IMG/VR virus record: IMGVR_UViG_3300036800_000311
Span: 1-64,000 of that record
Length of the DNA stretch: 64,000 nt
Source of the DNA: a virus
Strand: one strand, 5' to 3'
Position 1 is the first letter of the stretch; every line of letters starts with the position of its first letter. Positions 39,001 through 48,273 of this stretch are shown here, in pieces. Under the pieces are notes generated by a model. The model was given only the letters and a program-made list of their open reading frames with translations. It had not been told where the DNA came from and did no database searches. The position numbers were made by a program, and so were the translations under genes.

Positions 39001-39281
39001 TGGAGGCGCAGATACCGACGCTCACGGGCGCCGCGCTCACGGACGCGCAGACCCAGCTCGGGACGCTGGTCAACGCGATCCTCGCCCTGACCGGCCAGAT
39101 CAACACGAACAACACCAGCCTCGCGACGCTGACGACCTCCGTGAACGCCAACACGACGGCGACGACGAGCAGCACGGGCGCGATGACGGGGTCCGTCGGA
39201 TTCTCCTATCAGTCTCAGAACTACGTCGCGGGAGGCTCAATGACCTCGGACACACCGTCGAGCATCGCCGTGGGGATGTAG
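33033..39281 (+). CDS. Tape measure protein with lytic transglycosylase and NlpC/P60 domains
   Basis: 2082 aa, Ala-rich helical; IAQGESS...GLWQI...DPITNARAA (~36600-36850); YEWGGGH...FDCSGAVS...H (~37150-37500). Confidence 0.92.
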   Translation: MPNEDMLTYMITAHDLATPIFRAFTGEVNAMTRQVQTSLAELNRALKAQQLEMDKMAASSRTMAAETSKSTVAMDSAAASAGGLGSKERDLQAAQVAATASSAKHKEALVQDTAAMAGAGSGSQKLGRDVKGATTEIEKHKKGIQEAGYALSGYSGQLGPFGRSLDTAAKHAQLFRSQGIDYVAAGMVGLGATFAVESVKAASMFDKLGASIQQQAGVSAKEAGRLVDVVKQVATQSPAAYKEIAAAVSTQYKLLHENSAQIQQNSDLFLAFADKAGRQVTPSIVALNQAMRLFHPTGMSIVDMMDQLTNLAQHTQQPLGDYLGILQKYGPSLQAMGLSFQQTIGLFDAFGKAGISMTAVGRGLTTAMSKAATEIKTANAAAAGGPAKLQAYGLAVDSAQIRVNTLSGQLASGKGNQQKLNDEMQVAQGRLDAAKQKYDALNTVLHHNANAHLTVTQVVGKEMAAIESAKTKQDALNLSIAAFGGNMGAKMADALWHNKAALDGMNKSLGDAKGKTDDLAKAQRDTLSGQLAIVGHDFTNIAGTVGKDLLPVLKDAAHVLGSIATGISQFSSGSTKGLSEVLMALGVGGGALTLAARHTPLGALTSRLPGPLGDILSRQKDQKSGSPLGGGPLAEATGGIWGFTGTQLRVGSEANPIAVMMAGGLAPGAAGAGETLATRESPAALGAATAEAGAAGAAVTGDAALTARGGSILAAANAERAAVAAAAAATAAASTSTTTASLLAKVGGASAGRLAGALGAEGLFLGNAVFGSGGGGGPRGMAAQGLSGLTTGLVSPGAIRGVTDSINSLGGDILKQIPLIGGPLNNLLNVFGGSSGPDPVAKMKQLDAQIQAAASSGNVSKLQELGRKATEMGAAFTSSGSSAGASFTALGQRVQVVAANASNALSGPLQTALTRVAQYGFPAVTKAMNDTSLTVDQRSASIVASLTNIADHGTGPMAKNAKTALDQLRASVGSDLQAMASQTTTSMGQMKVQIQDGSATARSAGTQNFNAFAKAVQSAMAAGTYSTAAGAQMISNTLVSTLKAFGASGSTISTAKVLASINPSQAQNLLAEASAGVTAGGLASPHATGGRVPGPVGGDSWKLIDPSGRHAAMVGGGELLIGNRHTEAKVNTLLSPYGTTLGAMVAGETTPHSAPGRYATGGRVAGQSLRSLDHVFAANGGQTLPPTVIAAIAEAAGLPGITFSQIAQGESSDQPGAVQKGQPYGTTGWGLWQITPGNSVASVGVDNALLDPITNARAAKVKYDSQGMGAWFGTKYWDHTIRHWTGQSLGGIAGVGAGAGGGMSVPSVPTPRVVGGGMVGAIAQAALSKIAGAANARLSSLASVAGGAGGLGGGVNFLPGGGRSETIPHGASPGLSAMISEANAIASHHYNYEWGGGHSSIGVPTHGVPGGPSGPGIGFDCSGAVSAVLHSAGLLNSPMVASNFMTWGLPGPGKSVNIFADPSHTFMELAGHYFGTSGQNPGGGANWIPSFPGNIGGPRHPPGYATGGYVVDQTQFAPGKHPIRGLLPGLSSGGRVGYAGAFGTGGTFTATRPTLALFGDNGAETVHAIPHATAGAAFASDLVAPSSYAPPASTRKPKTTHESTRISPLTGKVETHTAAEWLQIELEARRQHKNLATAKARHTAYEEHVVQDPLRVGSLTAGSLDLTRRAAGKEHLPSGGPISLLEDFSKLLGSTFKKIESALKSGLASDSTMQSLKLANSLAQGIARHHLKATSRNAQLENIIIGAAEKSVTGDFTAQQSAQTHSQSILSLIAAAPPGSTAKSLGLSSAQLRASGLSAAQIRALSNPATGPAAMAAATVKLSQNAIKDYQGDAQHLESLYKDALKTHNKKLQASLLSQLDAVTQAQLKAQGDLQTAMVAMVDATVKQFTDAAATQAGAASILATIQGLAPGTSLAGLGLSPTVLAQLGVSSTQASGLEGSDLGYLQTLMTAQGGTLTAAQLASAQAGVGAQNTALGAQRATDIAGVNALEAQIPTLTGAALTDAQTQLGTLVNAILALTGQINTNNTSLATLTTSVNANTTATTSSTGAMTGSVGFSYQSQNYVAGGSMTSDTPSSIAVGM

Positions 39282-39284
39282 CCC

Positions 39285-41771
39285 GTGTCGCAGATGCTCA
39301 TCGGTCGCCTCGCGATCGCCCCTCCGCTCCAGTGGAACGAGCAGATGGGCGATCCGATGACGAACCTCGGCGGCTCCCCGATCCCCGCGCCGCGGGCCGC
39401 GGTCCGCCACGCCGTCTCGATCGCGACGCTCGCGCCCGACGGGGCGACGGACACCGTCGCGGCGCGTCTCGTCATCCGGCGGCAGATACGGTCGATGCTG
39501 AACAACACGCCGCTCAAGCTCCAGGCCTACATCTACCTCCAGTACGCCGACGACCCGGAGCAGAACGGCTGGTACCTGCCGGACATGGGCCAGCTCGCGG
39601 ACGGGGACGCCTCCGCCGGGCTCTCGACGGGATTCTGGAAGGTCGAGAACTTCGTCTGGTACCTGGCGGGCACGCGCTGGACGAACCGCGAGGCCAGGAA
39701 CGTCTGGCTCAAGGACCTCCGTACGGGCCTCTACGCCCGCGACACGATGCGCTGGGTCTACTCGACGGACTTCTCCGCGCTCCCGGCCCTCGCGCTAACC
39801 ATCTTTCCCTCCGGGGCGACGTCGATCTCGAACACCGTCAACGGCCAGGAGGTGCTGGTGACGGCGCTCCCCGTCGGCCGCGACGGCGGGCAGGCGCAGG
39901 TGGCGTCGGGACTCGTCGACCTCGCGTGCTGCGCGTACGAGCGGGTCGAGGCGAGCCTGAACCTCTCCGACGTGATCGTCTACGACCGCCAGGGCGCGAA
40001 CATGCTCGCGAACGCCCTCGCGACGAGCGGCTCGGTCGCGGACTGGACGAACAACCCCAACAACGCGGCGGCGACGCTCTCCTGGGTCACGACGGCCCCG
40101 CTGAACATCGGGACCGGGGAGATGCAGGTGGTCACGAGCGGCTCGCTCGCGAGTCAGGGCGCGGGCGCCAGCGTAGGGATGGTCTCGGCCGGGACGTACA
40201 CGTTCAGCGCCTACCTCCGGGGGAACGCGGGGGGCGAGTCCGTGGTCGTCAACTTCTCGATCCCGGGCACCGTGGGTGGCTCGACCACCGCTACGTTGAC
40301 CACCGCCTGGCAGAGGTTCTCGTTCACCGTGACCATCACGGCCGCGCAGGCCGCCATAGGCCCCCTGATAGCCGCCGTCTTCACGAACGGATCGCACGCC
40401 TACACGTTCTTCGTCAACGCCGCGCAGGTGACCGCCACTAGCAGCGTCACCGCGTTCGCGGACGCCGCCCCGGCCGTCGGACCGGATCCGGCCTGGGCGG
40501 AGGTCTACGGCCCGTCGTGGCCGTGGAGCTGGATGGAGTTCGGAGCCGCGAACGACTGCCCCGTCCTTGAGAACGGCCTCTGCCGCGTCCGCTACGACGG
40601 CACGAACACCCCCGGCTTCCGGATCGACGTGTGGAACAGCACGGCGTACGTCGAGCAGGGCAAGGTGCTCGTCTACCGTAACGGCGACGTCTCGGGCTAC
40701 TGCAACACCTTCGTGTCCGCGACGCTCCACACCGACTCGGGATGGACGCCGGATCGCGTCGTCGTCGCCGTGACGCTCGCGAACTCCGCGGACTCCTCTA
40801 GCCGCGAGCGCGTCTTCATCACGATGCAGCGTGGCCAGGCGGGCGCGACGTTCGAGATATACCCGGCGCTGAGGGCCGCCGCGACCAACGCCGACTGCAT
40901 CCTCATATGGGAGCCAGCCCCGACCGACGTCAACGTCTCGGTGTGCAAGATCGACTCCCAGGCTCAGCCTCCCGCCGTGGGCTCTGGGGTCATAGTCGCG
41001 ACGGCCGGTTCTGGCTCGTCGCTCTGGGCCGGGGGTGCTGTCGGAGTAGGTAACTTCACCGCCTCGGAGAACGACATCGCCATGCTGAGATGCTCGGCGA
41101 CGGCAACGCTACGTCCGTACCAGGTAAACCTGGCGGTCGTCCAGGCGGCGAACGCTTGGTCCTACGCGACCAACGAGGCGTCGGCGTACGGGCCTACGAA
41201 TAACTGTCTCCAGGTGCTGTCCCAGAACTCCGCTGGATACGTCAGCGTCGACATCTCCTTCGCGCCGACGGCCTCCGATCAGGTCAACGAGGCGGAGAGC
41301 ATCCGCAACGTCTCGGGGACGACCTCGCAGGTGGCGGACGCGACCGCCTCCGGCGGACAGTGCGTCAAGGACACGCAGACGGCCGCGACCAACCTTACGC
41401 TCACGAAGAGCGTCACGACCCTCCTCCAGGGGAAGTATCGGGTCTTCGCTCGGGTCAAGGTCGACTCGGGGGCGACGGGTACCTTCCTGGCTATCATCCC
41501 CGGAGTCGCTTCGGGAACGAACGTCACCTCTACCTCCACCACCTGGGCCTGGATCGACCTCGGGGAGCTGCTCACCACCTCTCTCCTCGAGGGGTTCGCG
41601 CTCTGGGCCTGGCGATCATCCCCAGGGACCGGCGCGGTGTACGTTGATCGCGTGGAGCTGTTCCTGCTCGAGGATCGGACCTCCACCACCAAGCGGTACG
41701 GCGGCATGCGGGACCTCGGGCAGTCCGTCCTCTACGACAGCAGGCAGACCGGGGCGGTCGTCGCGCGATGA
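39285..41771 (+). CDS. Minor tail protein with carbohydrate-binding-like inserts
   Basis: Follows the tape measure; 'GTYTFSAYLRG...LTTAWQRFSFT' CBM-like segment. Confidence 0.65.
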   Translation: MSQMLIGRLAIAPPLQWNEQMGDPMTNLGGSPIPAPRAAVRHAVSIATLAPDGATDTVAARLVIRRQIRSMLNNTPLKLQAYIYLQYADDPEQNGWYLPDMGQLADGDASAGLSTGFWKVENFVWYLAGTRWTNREARNVWLKDLRTGLYARDTMRWVYSTDFSALPALALTIFPSGATSISNTVNGQEVLVTALPVGRDGGQAQVASGLVDLACCAYERVEASLNLSDVIVYDRQGANMLANALATSGSVADWTNNPNNAAATLSWVTTAPLNIGTGEMQVVTSGSLASQGAGASVGMVSAGTYTFSAYLRGNAGGESVVVNFSIPGTVGGSTTATLTTAWQRFSFTVTITAAQAAIGPLIAAVFTNGSHAYTFFVNAAQVTATSSVTAFADAAPAVGPDPAWAEVYGPSWPWSWMEFGAANDCPVLENGLCRVRYDGTNTPGFRIDVWNSTAYVEQGKVLVYRNGDVSGYCNTFVSATLHTDSGWTPDRVVVAVTLANSADSSSRERVFITMQRGQAGATFEIYPALRAAATNADCILIWEPAPTDVNVSVCKIDSQAQPPAVGSGVIVATAGSGSSLWAGGAVGVGNFTASENDIAMLRCSATATLRPYQVNLAVVQAANAWSYATNEASAYGPTNNCLQVLSQNSAGYVSVDISFAPTASDQVNEAESIRNVSGTTSQVADATASGGQCVKDTQTAATNLTLTKSVTTLLQGKYRVFARVKVDSGATGTFLAIIPGVASGTNVTSTSTTWAWIDLGELLTTSLLEGFALWAWRSSPGTGAVYVDRVELFLLEDRTSTTKRYGGMRDLGQSVLYDSRQTGAVVAR

Positions 41772-44527
41772 GCCCGATCTTCGAGCCGACCGTCCAGGAG
41801 TTCCGGCGGACCACGTTCCGTCTCGTCGGCCCTCGCGCCCTCGTCTTCCCGACCGCGCTGGAGGCCAACGTCGCCGTCCTCGCCCGCACGGACATGGTTG
41901 CCCGGCCGCTCCCCGTCGCGGACCTGCCTCACTCCCCCGACTTCGCGTCGGGATCCTGGACGGGACGCCTCGGCGACGCCGCCGACGGGACGCTTACCTG
42001 GCCGAACAAGGAGGCGACGGACGGCACGCCCTGGCGCTACCGCTTCTCCCCGACGGGGAAGCTGATGTGGCTGGAGGTCTACCTCGACGGGTACCTCGAC
42101 GCGACGCTCTGCATCACGAAGGTCACGACCGCCCGCGACCGCGTCGACGTCTACGCGACGGACGGCTTCTTCCAGTGCAAGTCCGCGTACGAGCGCGACT
42201 GGATCGTCGTCAAGGCCCCGAGGGACGTCATCGAGTGCGGGACCCAGGTGTGGGTCCCGGCGACCGCGGACGGCTTCCCCCCGGGGGCGCTCAACGCGCA
42301 GTGGACTACGACGGTGTTCGGAGGCGCGACGGTCACCATCGGCGCCTCCGGGGGCGCCGTCTTCACAGTTCCCGGAAGCCAGAGCGCCGCGATCTCCTCG
42401 AGCGCCTCCGTGGCTAGCACGGCGGCATGGAGTGCGACGTGCACCGTCCAGAACTTCGGCGGAGCGGGCCTCGGAAGCAACGCGGTGTCGCTGAGGATCA
42501 CGGAGTCGTCGGGGGACGTGTACTTCATTCAGGCTGGGAGTGGCGTCGTACTCTTCCAGGGCGGTGGTTCTGGATTCGGCCAGACGCAACTCGCGACCGC
42601 GCCGTCGTACGCACTCAGCATCGAGTCAGACGGCGAATGGATCTGGGGGTTCGTCAACGGCCAGCTTGTCGGCTGCGGGCGACGAAACCACGCGACCACC
42701 ACGTCGCTGGCGACGCAGATCAAGATGAACGCGACGAGCGGCTCCGCGGCGGCGATGACGGTCACTGGGGTCCTCGTTGAGTACCAGGCGCCGTTCCTGA
42801 TGCGCGGCTCCGACAAGGGCGACTACGTGCTCCCCGGGGGCGCGACGACGTATCCCGTCGGCGGCGTCCACGCCCGGTACTACAACGACCTCGACCTCCA
42901 GGCGACATCCAACCGACTCTCACTGATCATGGCGCCGACGCGCGGCCAGGCGTACGGCGGATCCTCCGGGACGCCGGAGTATCAGAACCAGCAAGACGCC
43001 CAGATCAACGGGCAGAGCAACCCGCTCCCAGGCGCCGCGACATCGAACTGGTCGTGCCGATGGTTCGGGGCGATCTGGCTGCCGCTCGGATCTGGGGACT
43101 TCGGGATGCAGATCGACCTGCCCGCCGCGTCGGGATGCGCCGTTCGGGTCTGGATCGGGAAGACCCTGTTCGGTACCCAGTTAGCAGACGGCTGGACGTT
43201 CGGCGCGAACCCCGGCGCGTACGGCTGGACGGTCTCCGCGTCCGCGCTCGCCGGAACGCTCCCCTACGGAGTCGGGACGGCGTCCCGGACCGGCTGGTAC
43301 CCGATCGTCGTCGAGTACGCCGTCGACGCGACCGCCCACGGCGCCCCGATCCTGAGGATCAACAACAGCCCGGCGACCTACACGGACCCCGGCGGGTCGG
43401 TGATCGCGTCCGGCGCGCAGACGACGCCCGTCCCGACGACGAGCCTCTCCCCGCTCGGATGCGTCGACAACCGCTACCAGGGGACGTCGCACTACGACCT
43501 CGTCCAGAAGACCGCCGCCGCCTTCGGCTACCAGGTCGCCGTCGAGCCGCAGTCGCTGGAGTCCGGCCTCTTCCCCGGCGTCCTCGCACCACGGCTCCGG
43601 GAGGGCCACGACACCGACGTCACGCTCGAGCCGGACGACACGAAGCGGGCGGAGAGCATGATCAACTACACGTCCGCCCTCGACGCGACGGACTTCGCCT
43701 CCTCGATCCAGGGGAACGGCGCCGGGTTCCAGTCCGGGAACACTGGGCAGCTCCAGGCGAAGGTCTACGACGCGCCGACGCTCTCCGCCTCCCTGTTCGA
43801 CTCCCAGGGCTGGCAGGACTCCGCGGACGCGTCGTACGTGTCGCTGCTCCAGGCGACGCTGAACTCCGAGCTCGGGCTGAGGCTCGGCCCGTGGCAGATG
43901 GTCGCCGGGGACCCCGCGGGCCGCCATCGCCTCGCGTACTCCTGGCCGCTCCCGAGCGCGCTGTCCCAGATGCGCTGGCGTCCCGGCGACGGCGTCCTGA
44001 TCCGAGCGAGGGACATCAACGTCTACGACGTCACCCCCCGTCAGATGCTCCTTATCACCCGGCAGATCCAGGAGGACGGGACCGTCGGCACCCAGGCCGG
44101 GTTCGCCGCACGCCCGAAGACCCCCGTCCAGGCGATGCGCAAGGTCGTCGCGTCCTCGCTCCGCCCGCAGCGGAACTACCAGCCGCAGATGGTCACGCTG
44201 ACCGGGACCTACGTCACCAGCACCGTCGCCGCCAACTCGACCGACACCGCGTTCTCCGCCATCGCACTGCTCCCCGGCGATCAGGTCATGAGCGCCACCG
44301 TCCGAATCGTCCTGAACTCTACGCCCGCGGTCGTCAATCTCTTCGTCAACGGAGCCGACCAGACGACCGTGCTAGGCGGACCATGGGGAGGGGCGGTACC
44401 GCTCGTGATCCCCATCAAGGCGGTCGCCGCGGTCTCGGGCGGAGGCGTCCTCTACGCGCAGGTTCACAACGGCAGCGGCGCGGCCTCGACCTTCCAGTAC
44501 CAGCTCCTCGTCGACGTCAAGCGCTAG
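41768..44527 (+). CDS. Minor tail/hub protein with PA14-like domain
   Basis: GVHARYYND...NWSCRWFGAI...VRVWIG...GWYPIVVEY. Confidence 0.65.
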   Translation: MSPIFEPTVQEFRRTTFRLVGPRALVFPTALEANVAVLARTDMVARPLPVADLPHSPDFASGSWTGRLGDAADGTLTWPNKEATDGTPWRYRFSPTGKLMWLEVYLDGYLDATLCITKVTTARDRVDVYATDGFFQCKSAYERDWIVVKAPRDVIECGTQVWVPATADGFPPGALNAQWTTTVFGGATVTIGASGGAVFTVPGSQSAAISSSASVASTAAWSATCTVQNFGGAGLGSNAVSLRITESSGDVYFIQAGSGVVLFQGGGSGFGQTQLATAPSYALSIESDGEWIWGFVNGQLVGCGRRNHATTTSLATQIKMNATSGSAAAMTVTGVLVEYQAPFLMRGSDKGDYVLPGGATTYPVGGVHARYYNDLDLQATSNRLSLIMAPTRGQAYGGSSGTPEYQNQQDAQINGQSNPLPGAATSNWSCRWFGAIWLPLGSGDFGMQIDLPAASGCAVRVWIGKTLFGTQLADGWTFGANPGAYGWTVSASALAGTLPYGVGTASRTGWYPIVVEYAVDATAHGAPILRINNSPATYTDPGGSVIASGAQTTPVPTTSLSPLGCVDNRYQGTSHYDLVQKTAAAFGYQVAVEPQSLESGLFPGVLAPRLREGHDTDVTLEPDDTKRAESMINYTSALDATDFASSIQGNGAGFQSGNTGQLQAKVYDAPTLSASLFDSQGWQDSADASYVSLLQATLNSELGLRLGPWQMVAGDPAGRHRLAYSWPLPSALSQMRWRPGDGVLIRARDINVYDVTPRQMLLITRQIQEDGTVGTQAGFAARPKTPVQAMRKVVASSLRPQRNYQPQMVTLTGTYVTSTVAANSTDTAFSAIALLPGDQVMSATVRIVLNSTPAVVNLFVNGADQTTVLGGPWGGAVPLVIPIKAVAAVSGGGVLYAQVHNGSGAASTFQYQLLVDVKR

Positions 44528-44811
44528 CTCGTCGCGCTGCGCACCACGTAGATCGCCGCCGCCGCCGCGAGCACGAGCAGGACGATCAGTACGATCCCAG
44601 AGTGCGTGGCGGCCCCCAGTAGCGCCGCGAAGAGGGAGAGAAGACCCCAGGTCAGCCAGCCGTACCAGACGCGCTTCGGCAGGGATGCCTTCGGGGCGTC
44701 CGGAGTGGGCCACGAGCCGGTCTTGAGCGCGTGCTCCTCGGCCGGACTCAGGGAGTATCCGAGGGCCGCGGAGCGACGCAAGACGTTGATCTCGGCTTCG
44801 GTAAGCAGCAT
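44524..44811 (-). CDS. Small membrane protein
   Basis: Two hydrophobic segments; AAGGA RBS. Confidence 0.6.
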   Translation of the reverse strand: MLLTEAEINVLRRSAALGYSLSPAEEHALKTGSWPTPDAPKASLPKRVWYGWLTWGLLSLFAALLGAATHSGIVLIVLLVLAAAAAIYVVRSATS

Positions 44812-44833
44812 TTCAGGTTCCTTTCTCGTGTCT

Positions 44834-45790
44834 CTAGGGCGTCACGACTACGGTGCCCGTCGAGGACGCCCAGCCGGGAACGCCGCCCCAGGCGGCCGTG
44901 ACGGACCAGGCCGTCACCTGGCCGGGCGAGGAGGCCTGGAGGTAGGCCATGTCCGTCATGCAGTCAGGCGAGAAGACCTCAGACGTCGGCCCGGCGGAGT
45001 AGTTCTGCGGGTCGTAGGCGACCTCCAGCGTGCAGGTCTTACCCAGCGGGACGGTCCCCGCCGACTGCCCCGAGAAGGAGATCGCGACCGACCCCGTCAG
45101 CGCGACCCCGTTCTGATCGACGCCCCCGGTCGTCATCACGTAGCAGGTCTCCGTCTCGTCGAGGTTCGGCTGGAGGTTCGGGGGCGCGTGCTCGCAGGCG
45201 ACCGGCGTCGCGGAGACGGACGTCGTCGTCCCGAACGGTACGATCGTCTCCGTGTCCGTCTCGGTCACGGCCGAGGCGGCGTTCGGGATGTACTCCGTCG
45301 TGACCTGGTAGGTCCCCGTCTCCGTGTAGGTGATCGGACAGGACGCCGCGCTGATCGCCCCGCCGACGTTCGTCGAGCAGTAGAGGCTCCGAGGTCCGCC
45401 GGGCGTCACGGACGAGTAGAAGTTCAGGATCCCCGACGGCAGCTGGTCCGTCGCGGCCAGGTTCGTCGCGGCACCCCCGACCGTCGCGGTCGCCGTCGCC
45501 GAGTAGGCGTAGGTCACGGCCAGCGGGTTCGTCGGCGACTGCGTGAAGGTCGGGTCGACGCCCGCCCGGTAGGAGACGGTCGGCTTGGGCCTCACGGCCT
45601 TCTTCCGCACGCAGCGAGCGACGCGGACCCGGACGACGTGGCCGTGGCGGCGCTCGCGGACGCGGACGAGCTTCCGTACGTATCCCCTCGGGCAGTGGCG
45701 GACCTTCGCGCGCGCGGACGATGCCCCCAGCGCGGACCCAGCGTAGGAGCCGACGGAGCAGAGTAGGACGATGAAGATCTTGCGAATCAT
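44834..45790 (-). CDS. Secreted Ig-like beta protein (moron-like)
   Basis: Signal peptide, basic Cys-flanked segment, 'ASCPITYTETGTYQVTTEY' Ig-like pattern. Confidence 0.6.
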   Translation of the reverse strand: MIRKIFIVLLCSVGSYAGSALGASSARAKVRHCPRGYVRKLVRVRERRHGHVVRVRVARCVRKKAVRPKPTVSYRAGVDPTFTQSPTNPLAVTYAYSATATATVGGAATNLAATDQLPSGILNFYSSVTPGGPRSLYCSTNVGGAISAASCPITYTETGTYQVTTEYIPNAASAVTETDTETIVPFGTTTSVSATPVACEHAPPNLQPNLDETETCYVMTTGGVDQNGVALTGSVAISFSGQSAGTVPLGKTCTLEVAYDPQNYSAGPTSEVFSPDCMTDMAYLQASSPGQVTAWSVTAAWGGVPGWASSTGTVVVTP

Positions 45791-45849
45791 GTGGTGCCCC
45801 CTTGGGTTTCGAATCATGTGGGCGCTCAGTATACTACGAGGAGGAAGGC

Positions 45850-46926
45850 ATGTCGAAAAGATTTCTGCGCTCCGCTACGGCCGAGAGGCCGAGGGCGAGC
45901 GTATCCCCCGACCGGCGCGTCGGAGGACCGTACGCGAGCGCTCACGCTCCCCTGGGCCTATTCCTGGCCGTCGCCCTGACGGCGCTCGCGCTCGTCGGCT
46001 GCGGCGGGTCGAGTCACCCCGCGCACGGCTTCCGAACGGCGGTCGGAGTCCAGGCCCACAGCCCGACGTTCGGTCTACCCCCGAAGGGCGTAGCGCCGCC
46101 GCAGCGATCCGTCACCGCGACCGCGGAGATGTACGACTCCGTGACCATCTCGACGATCCCCGCCGCCGCTCGCGCCGTCGCGGGATACCTGCTCCCGTCG
46201 TCCTGGCCGACGTACGGGAACGGGTCGCTCGCTCGCGCGTTCCCCCACGCCGTCCGAGTTCCGATCGCCGTCCAGTCCTACGTGATCATCCGCGGGGTGA
46301 CGCTCGGCTGCCTCGACGTCGAGCCGGGGGACGCGGTCCCGTCGCAGGCTCCTGGCTGGGTCCGCGCGGAGCTCGCCGCCCACGTCAAGCCGTGCGTCTA
46401 CTCGAACCTCTCGGAGTGGGCTCAGGTCCGCTCCTACCTCGCCTCCGCGGGGATCACCCGGAGCTCCTACTACGCCTGGCTGGCGTACTGGACGTACCAC
46501 CCCGGGCTCGTCGGCGGATACGACCTCGTCCAGTGGACGAACCACGCCCTCGGGCGCAACCTCGACGAGAACACAGTCTCCCTCGCGGTCCTCGGAGCCA
46601 CCCCGAGGCCGCGGACGGTCTGCTTCGGCAAGAACGCCCAGGGCAGCGCGGCCTGTCGGAGGATCCACGCCGAGGTCGCCGGGTGGGCTCGGGGTCGCGA
46701 CGCGAGCGCTCGGGCGTTCGCCGCTCGCGGCTGCCCGAAGCTCGACCAGCGGGACACCTGGTTCGCGCAGATGCTCAAGAGGCACCCGCGGACGAAGACC
46801 GCGTACCGACGCGGCGCCCTCGCCGCCAGCCGCCGGGCGTACCGCCAGCGTGACTGCGCCACGTTCCTCGGGCGGCAGGAGAGCCTCGGGCGGCTCGTCG
46901 AAGAGACGACGAGACGATACTCGTGA
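45850..46926 (+). CDS. Endolysin, GH25-like muramidase with lipoprotein-type signal
   Basis: LALVGC lipobox; MYDS, LDVEPGD, PCVYS, WLAYW, VQWT, LDEN. Confidence 0.65.
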   Translation: MSKRFLRSATAERPRASVSPDRRVGGPYASAHAPLGLFLAVALTALALVGCGGSSHPAHGFRTAVGVQAHSPTFGLPPKGVAPPQRSVTATAEMYDSVTISTIPAAARAVAGYLLPSSWPTYGNGSLARAFPHAVRVPIAVQSYVIIRGVTLGCLDVEPGDAVPSQAPGWVRAELAAHVKPCVYSNLSEWAQVRSYLASAGITRSSYYAWLAYWTYHPGLVGGYDLVQWTNHALGRNLDENTVSLAVLGATPRPRTVCFGKNAQGSAACRRIHAEVAGWARGRDASARAFAARGCPKLDQRDTWFAQMLKRHPRTKTAYRRGALAASRRAYRQRDCATFLGRQESLGRLVEETTRRYS

Positions 46927-47504
46927 GCGCGAAAGACGCGGGGGCGAGCGGCGGCTCGCTCCCGCTCTGGCAGAAGATCGTCGCGGCCGCCTACGTCGTC
47001 CTCGTCGTCGTCCTCGTCGTCGCGTTCTCCGGCCGGATCGGCCCGGACTTCTGGCCGCTGGACAGCTCGCGGGTCGGACCGAACATCGTCGCGGCGGTCG
47101 TCACCGTCCTGGTGATGACTCCCCTCGGCGTCCTCGTCTACCCGCCGACGCGGCGCTGGCTGGAGCTCCGCGTCGACCGCGTCGTCGCCCCGATCCACGA
47201 GCACCTCAGGCGAGCGCACGCGCACGCCGAGTGGCAGGCGCGAGCGACGGCGACGATGGTCCAGAGCCTGACCGGTGCCGCCGTCGCGCCGCACCCGCAC
47301 TTCGACGTCTCGCCCGCCGCGCGACGCGAGATCCCGATGGACGTCGTCGGCGCCGCACTCGCGGACCCGCTGACGGCCCGCCTCGGAGCCGGACCGGCCG
47401 CGCAGTTCCTCGCGACCGTCGGGGTCTTCGTCGGAGATCTATCCGCCGCGGCGCTCGTCCTGACGCTGACCAGCACCCCACCCCCGAAGGAGGAGAAGCA
47501 ATGA
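46923..47504 (+). CDS. Membrane protein of the lysis cassette
   Basis: Two to three hydrophobic segments. Confidence 0.55.
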   Translation: MSAKDAGASGGSLPLWQKIVAAAYVVLVVVLVVAFSGRIGPDFWPLDSSRVGPNIVAAVVTVLVMTPLGVLVYPPTRRWLELRVDRVVAPIHEHLRRAHAHAEWQARATATMVQSLTGAAVAPHPHFDVSPAARREIPMDVVGAALADPLTARLGAGPAAQFLATVGVFVGDLSAAALVLTLTSTPPPKEEKQ

Positions 47505-48241
47505 GCCTGATCCACATCCCCGAGGAGGTCGTCGACGGCAAGCGCCTCGGACGGCACATGGACGCCCGCACGGCGACCAAGCGCGACGCTGGAGGGCCGC
47601 CGCCGATGGCGAGGACGATCGTCTCCGTCGCGCACAAGGCGTTCGGGCTTCCGCTGAACCAGGGGAACGTCGGGAAGTGCACCGCGGAGATGATCGCCGG
47701 GGCCTGCAACACCCGGCCGCACTACATGAGCAACCTCTCGCCGCTCCCGAGGACGCTCGGCGATCACGACACCGACAAGGTCTACACCCGGGAGACGGCG
47801 AACGAGGGGCAGCCCTGGCCCGCGAACGACCCCGGCGGAACCGGGATCTACGCCGCGGAGGCCGCGATCGAGCTCGGGATCTGCTCGGACTACCAGGTCG
47901 CGACGGACCTCGACGAGATGCTCCGCGCGCTCGTCTTGCGTCCCGTCGGGACCGGCATCAACTGGTACGACAGCTTCGACTCGCCAGACTCGAGCGGCGT
48001 CGTGACCATCACCCCCGGCGCTCAGGTCCGCGGCGGACACGAGATCGTCGCCGTCGCGATCGACGCCGTCGCCAAGCGGATCGGCCTCCCGAACTCCTGG
48101 GGCACGGAGTTCGGCGTCGCGATCCCCTCCTGCGGCGTCCCCGGCGGCTGCTTCTGGGTCCCGTTCGACGTCATGGACAGGCTCCTCGGGGAGGGCGGCG
48201 ACGTCGTCGTTCCCCGCACCGCCCGCGGCTGGCACGCCTAA
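47501..48241 (+). CDS. Papain-like (C1) cysteine peptidase
   Basis: LNQGNVGKCT, GGHEI, NSWGTEFG. Confidence 0.85.
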   Translation: MSLIHIPEEVVDGKRLGRHMDARTATKRDAGGPPPMARTIVSVAHKAFGLPLNQGNVGKCTAEMIAGACNTRPHYMSNLSPLPRTLGDHDTDKVYTRETANEGQPWPANDPGGTGIYAAEAAIELGICSDYQVATDLDEMLRALVLRPVGTGINWYDSFDSPDSSGVVTITPGAQVRGGHEIVAVAIDAVAKRIGLPNSWGTEFGVAIPSCGVPGGCFWVPFDVMDRLLGEGGDVVVPRTARGWHA

Positions 48242-48273
48242 CCCTCAACCCCTCGAAGGAGAACCAACTCCCC

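Noticed and set aside
39285-44527. Diversity-generating retroelement acting on tail genes
   Set aside because: No reverse transcriptase and no template/variable repeat pair seen
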